A stretch of DNA of 64,000 bases from Nitrospirota bacterium (GTDB lineage: Bacteria; Nitrospirota; UBA9217): NCBI GenBank assembly GCA_963790205.1, contig CAWBNQ010000001.1, forward strand, positions 928,001 through 992,000. Reading direction: 5' to 3'. A program made the position numbers and the translations under genes. Positions 29,428 through 39,073 of the stretch are shown piece after piece (position 1 is the first letter of the stretch; the number at the start of each line of letters is the position of its first letter). Below the pieces are notes generated by a model. The model worked only from the letters and a program-made list of their open reading frames with translations. It did not search any database and was not told the DNA's origin.

Positions 29428-30918
29428 ATGAAAGCACTGCTCATTTATCCTGAATTCCCGGATACTTTCTGGAGTTTCCGGTATGCCCTGAAATTCATTC
29501 ACCGAAAGGCGAGCAGTCCACCCCTCGGTTTATTGACCATTGCAGCGATGCTTCCTGAAGAGTGGGAGAAAAGACTGGTCGACATGAATGTGGAAAGCCT
29601 GCATGACGACGACCTGAGATGGGCTGATCTCGTCTTTGTGAGCGCAATGTCTGTTCAGAAGGAGTCCGTGAAAGGAGTGATTGCGAGATGCAAGGCAGCC
29701 GGTGTCAGGATTGTCGCCGGCGGTCCTCTTTTCACGACCGGATATGAGACGTTCGGGGACGTAGACCACCTGGTGCTGAACGAGGCCGAAATCACCATGC
29801 GTCGTTTCCTGGAAGATTTGCGGAATGGAGCTGCAGGCCATATCTATGCCACTGATCAGTGGGCAGACATGCGGGAGACACCCATTCCCCTCTGGGGGCT
29901 GATCAATATGAAGCACTATGCCTCGATCAATATCCAGTATTCCCGGGGCTGCCCCTTCAACTGCGAGTTTTGCGATATCACCTTGATCTGCGGCCGCACG
30001 CCGCGCACAAAAGATAAAGACCAGATCATTAGAGAGCTTGAGAGTGTCTACTCGTCAGGGTTCAGGGGCCAGGTCTTCCTTGTTGACGACAATTTTATCG
30101 GGAACAAGAAAAAGCTGAAGGAGGAGGTCCTCCCTGCCGTCATCGAATGGATGAAGAGGAAAGGGCGCCCCTTCTCCTTTAATACGCAGGCCTCCATAGA
30201 ACTGTCCGATCACAAAGACCTCATGGAGATGATGGTCAGGGCAGGATTCGATGTCGTCTTCATCGGCATCGAGACCCCCCATGAGCAGAGCCTGGCGGAA
30301 TGCAGCAAATTCCAGAACAAGAACCGCGATCTTCTCGCCAGTGTCAGGAATATCCAGAAGTCCGGCCTCGAGGTCCAGGGAGGATTCATTGTCGGTTTCG
30401 ACAGCGACCCCCCTTCGATCTTCGACACCCAGATCAGGTTCATCCAGGCGAGCGGGGTCGTAACGGCCATGGTCGGCATTCTCATCGCCCTTCCGGGCAC
30501 GAAGCTCTACAAGAGACTCAAAAAGGAACACCGGCTGCTGAAAGAGACCTCGGGGAACAATACGGATTTCGCGACCAATTTTATCCCCAAAATGGACTAT
30601 GACCTGCTGGTCAACGGCTACAAAAAGGTCCTCAGCACCCTCTATTCGCCCAGACACTACTATGAAAGGGTCAGGACATTTCTGACTGAATATGTCCCCC
30701 AAAAAGGAAAAAAGATGCCCTTTCGATTTCGGCCCAGCTACCTGACCGCATTTATCAGATCGATCATTGTTCTCGGGATCATCGGGAAAGAGAGGTTCCA
30801 TTATTGGAGGCTTCTGTCCTGGACCCTGTTCAGACGTCCCAGCCTCTTTCCGCAGGCCGTCACCCTCTCGATCTACGGTTATCATTTCCGCAAGGTATTT
30901 GAGAAGCACCTTCGTTAA
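29428..30918 (+). CDS. B12-binding radical SAM protein (DUF4070 / HpnP-like)
   Basis: YPEFPDTFWSF, PPLGLLTIAAMLP, SRGCPFNCEFC, VDDNFIG, GFIVGFDSD. Confidence 0.92.
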   Translation: MKALLIYPEFPDTFWSFRYALKFIHRKASSPPLGLLTIAAMLPEEWEKRLVDMNVESLHDDDLRWADLVFVSAMSVQKESVKGVIARCKAAGVRIVAGGPLFTTGYETFGDVDHLVLNEAEITMRRFLEDLRNGAAGHIYATDQWADMRETPIPLWGLINMKHYASINIQYSRGCPFNCEFCDITLICGRTPRTKDKDQIIRELESVYSSGFRGQVFLVDDNFIGNKKKLKEEVLPAVIEWMKRKGRPFSFNTQASIELSDHKDLMEMMVRAGFDVVFIGIETPHEQSLAECSKFQNKNRDLLASVRNIQKSGLEVQGGFIVGFDSDPPSIFDTQIRFIQASGVVTAMVGILIALPGTKLYKRLKKEHRLLKETSGNNTDFATNFIPKMDYDLLVNGYKKVLSTLYSPRHYYERVRTFLTEYVPQKGKKMPFRFRPSYLTAFIRSIIVLGIIGKERFHYWRLLSWTLFRRPSLFPQAVTLSIYGYHFRKVFEKHLR

Positions 30919-31295
30919 AGGTGGAAGGGAAAAACTAAAAAGGGGATAAAAAGTATGGACGCTACAGGACGGTGGAATCGGATGACCATCGAGTAGTTGA
31001 GTTCAGGTACGCATAGACTGCGATCGGGATCTTTGGGAAAACAGCCGTTGCCGGGATCCTGAAGACGACTTCCGGCTATCTTGATGTCCTCGGCTTTGCC
31101 GCCGATCAGGCGCATGGTTCTTATGTGTATGCTTGGGTTCGCTTCATAACATGGGAGACAAAACAGTGATGTGTGCAGGAGGCAACAAAATGAGTAATCC
31201 GAGTCCAAGATCAAAGAGACTACCGGATCCGCTGCCGGCTGGGCGGGAATGCGCCGGCCGGTAGTGAATCTAAAGCAAATTGAAAGGAGGATCAT

Positions 31296-31445
31296 ATGTT
31301 GTGGACGATCGCTGTAATACTGGTAATTCTGTGGGCACTCGGGCTGGTGAGCAGCTATACGATGGGTGGGTTCATCCATATTTTGCTTGTGATCGCAATT
31401 GTTGTGGTGTTGATCAGAGTCATTCAGGGGCGTAAAATCCTTTAG
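31296..31445 (+). CDS. lmo0937-family small membrane protein, copy 2
   Basis: Manual translation MLWTIAVILVILWALGLVSSYTMGGFIHILLVIAIVVVLIRVIQGRKIL; AAGGAGG RBS; below the ORF-track cut-off. Confidence 0.9.
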   Translation: MLWTIAVILVILWALGLVSSYTMGGFIHILLVIAIVVVLIRVIQGRKIL

Positions 31446-31609
31446 CCGATGAGAAGTCATAAGCCCGACCCGGATGAGACCGCTTGTGCGCGCATGAGAG
31501 GGTATTATTAAGGGGTCTATCCTTGACAGGCTGTTGAAAAACACTGAAAAACACCACTTCAGCTAACCACTGTTCTTTCGCGCACCAATGATCGAGGAGA
31601 ACTTTGTCC

Positions 31610-32689
31610 ATGACTGACCAGAGCAATTCTCAACGGGGAATCCGCTTCCTCGTCATCATCGCTGCGCTCGTGATCATCATCTGGGGCATCAATCAGGCGC
31701 AGTCGGTCCTGGTGTCGTTCCTCGTCGCCGTTTTCCTCGCCGTCATCGGGACGCCGCCGGTACTCTGGCTCGAGCGGAAACGCATTCCTTCCGTTGTTGC
31801 GGTGCTCCTCGTGATGGCCGGCATGATCACCATCCTGCTGATCATCGGCGGTCTTGTAGGCACGTCCCTCAACAGCTTTATCAATGCCCTGCCTTCATAT
31901 CAACAACGCATCCAGGAACAAGTCTCGGCACTCAAAGCGCTGCTGGCAAAGAAAGGCCTCCAGCTCACGGACAAGATGCTGCTCGAGTATGTCAATCCGA
32001 GCGCTGTGATGAGGCTGGTTGTCGGCATGCTCGGGGGTTTGGGCTCCGCGCTCTCGAACATTATCCTGATCCTGCTCACCGTAACGTTTATCCTGCTCGA
32101 GGCCTCAAGCTTCCCGGTCAAGCTCCGCGCTGTCCTCGGCGATCCTCAGCAGGCATTTCCCCAGTTCACGAGGTTCGTTGATGATATTAAGCGTTATATG
32201 ATCATCAAGACGGGGATCAGCCTGACCGCGGGTATCCTGATCGGGATATGGCTCTCCATCCTCGGCGTGGATTCTCCTGTTCTCTGGGGTTTCCTGGCCT
32301 TTCTGCTCCACTATGTACCCAATGTCGGCTTTATCATCGCCGCGGTCCCCGCGGTTATTCTCACCCTTGTCCAACTCGGGATTGGCCGTGCCGCGCTCAC
32401 CGCTGCCGGATATCTAGCCGTTAGTTTCATGCTCGGCAACGTGGTCGAACCGAGGCTCATGGGGCGGAGGCTCGGCCTGTCCACGCTGGTCGTATTTCTT
32501 TCGTTGATCATTTGGGGAAGCCTGCTAGGTCTGATCGGTGTGGTTCTGTGCATACCATTTACCATGACGCTGAAGTTCGCATGTGAGAATAATGAAAGCA
32601 CACGATGGATCGCCGTTTTGCTCGGGCCTGAGGCGGCCGCTGAAAACCTTCCACCAGTGTCGAAAAAAGGAAACGGTCCTGAGATCTGA
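31610..32689 (+). CDS. AI-2E family transporter
   Basis: Multi-TM; LWGFLAFLLHYVPNVG, VVEPRLMGRRLGLS, IWGSLLGLIG. Confidence 0.93.
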   Translation: MTDQSNSQRGIRFLVIIAALVIIIWGINQAQSVLVSFLVAVFLAVIGTPPVLWLERKRIPSVVAVLLVMAGMITILLIIGGLVGTSLNSFINALPSYQQRIQEQVSALKALLAKKGLQLTDKMLLEYVNPSAVMRLVVGMLGGLGSALSNIILILLTVTFILLEASSFPVKLRAVLGDPQQAFPQFTRFVDDIKRYMIIKTGISLTAGILIGIWLSILGVDSPVLWGFLAFLLHYVPNVGFIIAAVPAVILTLVQLGIGRAALTAAGYLAVSFMLGNVVEPRLMGRRLGLSTLVVFLSLIIWGSLLGLIGVVLCIPFTMTLKFACENNESTRWIAVLLGPEAAAENLPPVSKKGNGPEI

Positions 32690-32804
32690 ACAAAGTTTGA
32701 GGAGGCCTGATAGAAAAGTAAACGCGTTGTAATGTTGGATTGACCCGTCGCCCGGGACATCTTTCCGAGGAAGGGGGCAAGGAAAACACGCGAGAAGGTT
32801 AAAC

Positions 32805-34241
32805 ATGACTCTCAAGAGAAAAAAAGTCTTCTTCATAACAACGGGCGTAGTCACCCTTGTCGTCTTTGCGATCTTCCTCGCTCTCCTGCTGAACGTACAA
32901 GCCTTTAAACCGCGAATCGAGGTAGCGGCATCGAGTGCTCTGGGAATGGATGTCCGGATCAAAGGCAGGTTGGGCATCGATCTCCTTCCGGGTTTCGGCA
33001 TATCGCTGAGGAACGTCAGCGTGCAGAAGAAGGGAGCGGATGTCGTTACCGCAGAAAAGATGAGGATAGGGCTGAGGCTTATCCCTCTTGCGAGGCGTGA
33101 AGTCCGGCTCAGCCGGGTCGGGCTTATCAAACCGGTCTTCTCCATAGTCCGGTATAAAAACGGGATGTTCAATTTTGAAAAACCGGGACGCACACTATTG
33201 GAAAGGCTCCTTACTGTGAACAAGATATCCATCTCGGAGGGGAGACTTATTTATACTGATGAAGGATCCGGCGAGAGGATCGAAGTGGACGGCTTTGATG
33301 CGACCATACGAAACCTTTCATACGGAAGGACGGAAGGCGCGGAACCATTCAAGAACGTCTCATTCGACGGGGATATCAGATGCAAGACGCTCACGATCAA
33401 CAACCTCACCCTGACAAACCTCGCGATAAGAACAGCTGCTGAAAACGGGATACTCGATATAAACCCGGTCAGTATGCACATTTTCGGAGGGACCGGGAAG
33501 GGAAGCGTTCATGTGGACGTGACAAGGGCGTCGCCTCATTACCGGCTCATCACAACTCTTAACCGGTTCAGGATCGAGGAGCTGATCCAGGCGTACTCGC
33601 CCGGGAACCCCCGCCAGAAAAGCATGGAAGGGACGGCCAACTTTTCCTCGGACCTGACGGCAACGGGGAAGAGCGTAGATGAGGTGAAGAGATCGCTCAA
33701 CGGAGACGTTTCCTTGAGCGGGGAGAACCTTATGCTCACCGGCATCGATATCGATGCCCTTATCTCGAAGTACGAACGAAGCCAAAACTTCAACCTCGTG
33801 GACGTAGGTGCGTACTTCCTCGCGGGCCCCTTCGGGCCGGTACTCACCAAGAGCTACAATTTTGGAAGCCTGTACGAAGAGTCGCGAGGCGGACAAGGGA
33901 TCATCAGGGAACTCGTCTCGATCTGGAAAGTAAAAAACGGCATTGCCGGGGCGACGGATGTAGCCCTTGCTACAAAAAAATACCGGATCGCCATGAAGGG
34001 TGGATTGAATTTCAACAACGACCAATTTGTCGATGTCACCGTCGCGGTCCTCGATAAACGAGGGTGCGCCGTTTACAGCCAGAAAGTGCACGGGCCGTTC
34101 CATAAGGCGAAGATCGAGAAGATAAGTATTTTTAAGTCAATTACGGGATCCGTGTCGAACGCACTGAAAGATGCATGGAAATTCGTTGGTGGAGAGTGCA
34201 CGCCATTTTATTCAGGTTCGGTAGCGCAGCCGGAGGGGTAA
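32805..34241 (+). CDS. AsmA family protein
   Basis: N-terminal TM, FKPRIEVAASSALGMDVRIKG, NGMFNFE, SLNGDVSL. Confidence 0.8.
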   Translation: MTLKRKKVFFITTGVVTLVVFAIFLALLLNVQAFKPRIEVAASSALGMDVRIKGRLGIDLLPGFGISLRNVSVQKKGADVVTAEKMRIGLRLIPLARREVRLSRVGLIKPVFSIVRYKNGMFNFEKPGRTLLERLLTVNKISISEGRLIYTDEGSGERIEVDGFDATIRNLSYGRTEGAEPFKNVSFDGDIRCKTLTINNLTLTNLAIRTAAENGILDINPVSMHIFGGTGKGSVHVDVTRASPHYRLITTLNRFRIEELIQAYSPGNPRQKSMEGTANFSSDLTATGKSVDEVKRSLNGDVSLSGENLMLTGIDIDALISKYERSQNFNLVDVGAYFLAGPFGPVLTKSYNFGSLYEESRGGQGIIRELVSIWKVKNGIAGATDVALATKKYRIAMKGGLNFNNDQFVDVTVAVLDKRGCAVYSQKVHGPFHKAKIEKISIFKSITGSVSNALKDAWKFVGGECTPFYSGSVAQPEG

Positions 34242-34287
34242 AACATGATCTATGATAATGCAGATCCCTCAGCGAGCGGGACACATT

Positions 34288-34668
34288 TTATATTTTCCGA
34301 ATGCTCTTTATCAAAGGAATACTGAACAGCGCAAGAACAGCGGCATCCACGCCGACATTGAACCAGACGCCGAGATATGCTGAAAACAAAACTTAGACAA
34401 CAAGCCACACCGCGAGCCCGTACAACAATGTTTTCAGCAGATCGGGGTCGTTCCTTCTGAAAGCGAGGCGTCCAACAAAGAAAAGCGTTGTTCCCCAGCC
34501 CATCATAAGTGCGCCGTAGATCGCGCTCTCCTATTGCAATAAGACATCCCTCCGGACCGGCAGGATGCCGAGCCCAAGGAAAGCGAACACGATCCCTGCG
34601 AGGATGAGCATGGTGGAAACGATGCTGAACCACACCTTGTTTGCGATGATCTTTTTTTCAACTGACAT
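34288..34668 (-). pseudogene. 4-TM membrane protein with two in-frame stop codons
   Basis: MSVEKKIIANKVWFSIVSTMLILAGIVFAFLGLG..VLLQ*ESAIYGALMMGWGTTLFFVGRLAF..AVWLVV*VLFSAYLGVWFNVGVD..; TAG at 34531-33, TAA at 34393-95. Confidence 0.7.
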
Positions 34669-34734
34669 CCGGCGACCTTCTTAAGAAAAGCCTGTTGCCC
34701 AACCCAATCGCTTCCTCACGGCACTCTTCTTTCC

Positions 34735-34780
34735 AAAAAAGAAAAAGAGGAGAAGCGATCACTGGATGCGCTTCTCCTCT
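34735..34780 (-). terminator. intrinsic terminator downstream of the VOC gene
   Basis: 12-bp stem agaggagaagcg / cgcttctcctct followed by a T-rich tract on the minus strand. Confidence 0.75.
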
Positions 34781-34816
34781 CGATCCGGGCTTACGTTCAT
34801 GCTCTCTCGCCTTCAC

Positions 34817-35203
34817 TCACTTCATTGAATGAAGCGCCAGCCTGTTCCCCTCCGTGTCCTCGTACTGTGCGATGAACCCGTACTGTCCGATAGCTGTTTT
34901 CGGCATCAGCGTCTTTCCGCCGTTCGCATTTATCCTGCGCAAGGTCTCCAGGATATCCTCAACGCTGAAATAAACGACCGACCCTTCATGGGACGGCTCA
35001 TAGGATTCTCCCTCTACGAGCGTACCCGGAGCACCCGGAGCATTCTGCGTAAAGGGAAACATGGCCATTTTCATGCCGCCCATGTCCTCGCGGGACAACT
35101 TCACATCGAACACTTTTTCATAGAATCTCGTGGCTCTATCCAGGTCCCTGACCGGGATCTCGAACCAGTTTGCTATATGGGTCTTTACTGCGACTGTTGC
35201 CAT
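34817..35203 (-). CDS. VOC / glyoxalase family protein
   Basis: NWFEIPVRDLDRATRFYEKVF, VYFSVEDI, DTEGNRLALHS. Confidence 0.93.
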   Translation of the reverse strand: MATVAVKTHIANWFEIPVRDLDRATRFYEKVFDVKLSREDMGGMKMAMFPFTQNAPGAPGTLVEGESYEPSHEGSVVYFSVEDILETLRRINANGGKTLMPKTAIGQYGFIAQYEDTEGNRLALHSMK

Positions 35204-35461
35204 AGGCGCCTTCTTTCACCTGGATCCTCCTCCCGCTCGCGAAGAATCGGGACGAAAATCATATTCAGGCCTTGCTCGTTTTCCGGAATAAATCTTCCGT
35301 CAGCCGGTGCATCCACCGGCTTTTGATTAAAATATAGCACCGTTTCCGGCAGTGCATTCACCCCTCCGACCATCGTAGCAGAACGATGCGCCTCTCTCTC
35401 GATCGTTACCCGCGCGAGGTCAAATGCATCGGTTCCCGGGACACTACGACGCGGTGTCGCT

Positions 35462-36127
35462 TTACGCTGCCCGTGCTTTCTCGGCCATGGCCTTGCCGCG
35501 CTTGGCCAGGTTGAGGGCAATGCCCGTACCGCGCTTCCCCATGTAGCCGAACCAGATGTTCAGCATGCCCATGGGTTCGAGGTAGCGCGCGTTGGCGAGC
35601 GGCCCCGCGTCGACGGCATCGAAGCCCATGCTCACGATAAGCTGATGCACGGTTTTCCGGGCGGCCTCGTCGTCGCCGCAGTAGAATGCAGATGCGCGAA
35701 GACCCTTGCCGAAGTCCGGCCCCTCGTTCAATACCTGGGCGAACACCGTGTTGAATGCCTTCACGATCTTCACGCCCGGGAACGCCTTCGCGAGTTCCTC
35801 TGCAAAGGAAGTCGTAAGCCCGACGCTCAATCCCGACATGTCGGGATTGAGCGGGTTGGCAATGTCGATGACGACCTTGCCCTTCAGGTCCCCGCAGCTT
35901 TTCAGCGCGTTCACCTGCTCTCCTGCCGGCGTCGCTGCGATCAAGACGTCCACTCCCTTCGCGATCTCCGCGGGAGACACGACTTTTACCCGCGGCCCGA
36001 TCTGCTGCGCGGTCTTTTCAGCATCATTGAGGTCCCTGGCCGTCATGAACACATCATGCCCGGCAAGCGTGATGCGGCGGGCGAGCCCGGAACCCATGTT
36101 TCCTGATCCGATGATCCCTATTTTCAT
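35462..36127 (-). CDS. NADPH-dependent F420 reductase family oxidoreductase
   Basis: MKIGIIGSGNMG, VVIDIANP, VKAFNTVFA, GFDAVDAGPLANARYLE; GAGGAGG RBS. Confidence 0.9.
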   Translation of the reverse strand: MKIGIIGSGNMGSGLARRITLAGHDVFMTARDLNDAEKTAQQIGPRVKVVSPAEIAKGVDVLIAATPAGEQVNALKSCGDLKGKVVIDIANPLNPDMSGLSVGLTTSFAEELAKAFPGVKIVKAFNTVFAQVLNEGPDFGKGLRASAFYCGDDEAARKTVHQLIVSMGFDAVDAGPLANARYLEPMGMLNIWFGYMGKRGTGIALNLAKRGKAMAEKARAA

Positions 36128-36416
36128 GGCAGTATCCTCCTCATTTTTCATAGTACCTTCTATTTCAACTTGTAGCTCCAGTGCGGGGGGATTGTCAAGG
36201 TGTTGAGCTTCCGGGAGGCCCGATAGTATGAGCGACAAAAGGATGACACGGGTTTACGTTTCACGATTGCCGGTGAAAAGAAAATAGCGCAAAAGAATGG
36301 ATATGTTTACTAACCCTTAACAAGAACAAAGTCTGACATTATAGACATAGACCTGATCATAAAAGATCCGCAGGTAAAGTAAAACCGCAACGTTATTGTT
36401 TATTGGCATATACCCC

Positions 36417-36442
36417 AACAATACCCCGTCCGGGGTATTGTT
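36417..36442. promoter_or_regulatory. perfect 12-bp inverted repeat, CsoR/RcnR-like operator candidate
   Basis: aacaataccccg-tc-cggggtattgtt in a divergent intergenic region. Confidence 0.55.
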
Positions 36443-36528
36443 TATGCGGGGGTCTTCGTGTATAAGTAAACTAATAAAACTAGTCAAAACAAATAAAATA
36501 AGTATTTCCGGCTTACGGGAGGGATATA

Positions 36529-36939
36529 ATGACGAAAATTCAAGCATATGTGGAGTCAATGCATCAGGAAACGGGGATAGGATGCAGCCAGAAGACGCTT
36601 ATTGTCACCGGTGACGAGGACCTGAGGGGTATGCTCCAGTATGCCCTGGACTCCTACGGTATGCAGGTTTTGTTCTGTCAAGGCGGCGCGGAAGTCTTGG
36701 CGTTTTCGAGGATCGATCCCTTCGATTGCATCATCATAGATTGCGATACGCCCGGCATGGACGGCATTGACCTTATCAGGCGACTTCGCGAGCAATTCGT
36801 ATGTGCCGTCATTATTGGTCTGTGCAAGGAAGATAGGGGAGTAGAGTATCTTCAGGCAGGAGCGAACGACTTTCTCCAAAAACCTTTTGTCCCCTACAGG
36901 CTCGTAATGATGCTGCACGGCGGAGACATCCTTGCCTGA
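36529..36939 (+). CDS. single-domain response regulator (atypical receiver)
   Basis: IIIDCDTPGMDG, AGANDFLQKPF; first acidic pocket degenerate (IVTGDE). Confidence 0.75.
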   Translation: MTKIQAYVESMHQETGIGCSQKTLIVTGDEDLRGMLQYALDSYGMQVLFCQGGAEVLAFSRIDPFDCIIIDCDTPGMDGIDLIRRLREQFVCAVIIGLCKEDRGVEYLQAGANDFLQKPFVPYRLVMMLHGGDILA

Positions 36940-37495
36940 CACGGCACGTATCGTGAGCATTGGTATGGCCCAAGGGACCCATAGGTTCAGATCTTGAAAT
37001 ATCACTTTTCCTCAAAATATCTTTCGAGGAGGTTTTTCGGCGAGATGACCCCGTTAGAGAACCATTAGAAAAGCCAAGCCTTCAATCAACACCTTGACGC
37101 ACAATCGCCGATGGACAAGCAATAACCCGCAGCCGCCCAGTTGGTCGCAGAAAGCGCGATCGTAAATGCGAGGAAACCCCTCGGTCACAGGATGTCGGCA
37201 GGATCATTTTCGAACGGGTAATCACAAGGCAAGCTCGGACACAATTTCCCCAAACATGTCCTGCTCAGAAGCGGAATTGCTATCATAAGAATGCTGCGCA
37301 ACGGGCGCAACAACATCCCCTCGTCTTTCCCCGTCCAGCGTTTCCATGCATTTTTTGAAAAAGCAAAGTCAAACACGAGAGACCCGGCCCTAAAAGTTCT
37401 GTCAAATGACCATTCTCCTGCTGTCGGCTGGACGTATTGCCATATCTTAACCACAAAACGCACAGGCAGTGCAGGGGAACAATCATCATGCGCAA

Positions 37496-38635
37496 TCAGA
37501 AATGTTCTTCCTCACGGTTTTCGGTCCGTTCGGCCCGTTTCATGCCGATTTGATTACCCCAGGCGCTGATTTGCCAGTTGTCCCTGCCGGCCTCCGGCAT
37601 CCAGGGCGGCACGGACAGCCGCAGGCGAAGGGAAAGCGAATGAACGTAGGGTTCATACATCCGCCGCAGCTCGTTAAGGCGGGAGGATACCTCCGTGTCA
37701 TCCCGGAGCTGCATGCTTTCTGTTGCGAGCGCCGCGCGCATCGAAGCGAGCTTTTGCAATGGCAGCCGGTCGACCAGCGGTTCCTCGGGCGCGACGTGCA
37801 GCACGAGCGCGAGGTCCACGATCGCATGACGGGCCATGGCAAAGGTCAATTGCGCCTGTCGCACGCAGGTTCCCTGGAGATTGGTCATGACAAAGGCGCA
37901 GGCATCGAGGATTGCGGTCAGCGCAGCAAGCCATGATTGATTATCGTGCTGGGAACGGAAATACACGAGGACCGGAAAGGAGAGATGACTTTCAAGCAAT
38001 TCCGCGGACCATCGCTCCCATTCGTGGAGGAGCCGCGTCAGCGATTCGGTGGAGGGGTCCTGCGATTGGCGCCGCAGCATTTCAACGGCCGTGGGAGGAG
38101 AGCCCGCACGCGCATCCAGGAGCGAGATGTTGACTTCTCTTTTCGAAAAGGACAGATTGAGCGCCGGCAGATAGCTGATGACGATGGCCAAAAAGCCGAA
38201 GCCCATACCCGCTTCGAGCACGATAAGGGCCCGAGCAAAGGGAGTATACGGCACGATATCTCCCAGTCCGAGCGTAAAAAAGGTCGTGCCGCTGAAATAG
38301 AGGCAGGCGCCGAACGTTACGAAGCCCTCGGGAGTTTTCAGGGCATGACCCGGCGCCCAGTAAAGAAGCGCGAAACCCGCGATCAGGACGCCGGCCCAAA
38401 ATCCCAAAAGCAGCGGCAGCGAAAGCGGGCCAAAGTAGCTCAGGTAATTTTCCTGGCGTTTTCCTTTCGAAAGCACATGGACCAGCGCAGTCCAGAGCCG
38501 CCACGTGGTCCGATAGAAGAGACGCACAAGCCGTATGCGCCTGGTCACGCGACGCGGGAAAACCACGGTTTCAAAGGCATCCGCCAGCACAATAATGATC
38601 AGGGCGACGCCCGTAATGAGTGCGAGGATCGACAT
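37496..38635 (-). CDS. potassium-channel-family (Ion_trans_2) membrane protein
   Basis: LYFSGTTFFTLGLGDIVP pore-like loop between TMs; YFRSQHDNQSW C-terminal region. Confidence 0.8.
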   Translation of the reverse strand: MSILALITGVALIIIVLADAFETVVFPRRVTRRIRLVRLFYRTTWRLWTALVHVLSKGKRQENYLSYFGPLSLPLLLGFWAGVLIAGFALLYWAPGHALKTPEGFVTFGACLYFSGTTFFTLGLGDIVPYTPFARALIVLEAGMGFGFLAIVISYLPALNLSFSKREVNISLLDARAGSPPTAVEMLRRQSQDPSTESLTRLLHEWERWSAELLESHLSFPVLVYFRSQHDNQSWLAALTAILDACAFVMTNLQGTCVRQAQLTFAMARHAIVDLALVLHVAPEEPLVDRLPLQKLASMRAALATESMQLRDDTEVSSRLNELRRMYEPYVHSLSLRLRLSVPPWMPEAGRDNWQISAWGNQIGMKRAERTENREEEHF

Positions 38636-38774
38636 GGCGATTCCACCCCCTTCACCTGCGGCATCGAAGCATGCCTGCCGGACGTGGTGATATTCCCATT
38701 ATATCACCGCAATTTCCTGCTTTTTTTTGGAGAGGGCGTGTTTTACCCGAAAATAGTTCTTTCCCGAGTAACCC

Positions 38775-38802
38775 TTGCATTTAACAAAAAAAACGGTATA
38801 AT
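38775..38802 (+). promoter_or_regulatory. sigma70-type promoter of the RRM-rpsU unit
   Basis: TTGCAT-16 nt-TATAAT, about 270 nt upstream of the ATG. Confidence 0.55.
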
Positions 38803-39073
38803 AAGCATATAAACCGTCAACGGGGCAAGACCCTCTCGTTTTGGATCGAGAGGTCGTCCGCGCCTCATCATCGATCACTGACTCTTCCTGCTCTCACCTT
38901 TTTTCACGTAAAAAGCGACGGCATAGCTGGGTGGCGAACGATGAGGTTTTGCGGACTCCGCGCGGGTCCGCGCCCCCCCCTTTTTTTGGAACCGGCATGA
39001 TTGCGGAGAAGACGTAAACGCGCTGTGCGGCAACGACCGCCAGCGTGAACTTGAAGCCACACAAGGAGGCAAC

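Noticed and set aside
31526..31552. IS-end-like caggctgttgaaaaa
   Set aside because: Only one end is visible, with no partner inverted repeat, target duplication or transposase.
34393..34533. Stop-codon recoding (pyrrolysine) in the membrane gene
   Set aside because: The second stop is TAA, and TAG is used as a normal terminator elsewhere in the window.
36960..37480. ORFs between the receiver gene and the channel gene
   Set aside because: No recognisable motifs or convincing RBS; left unannotated.
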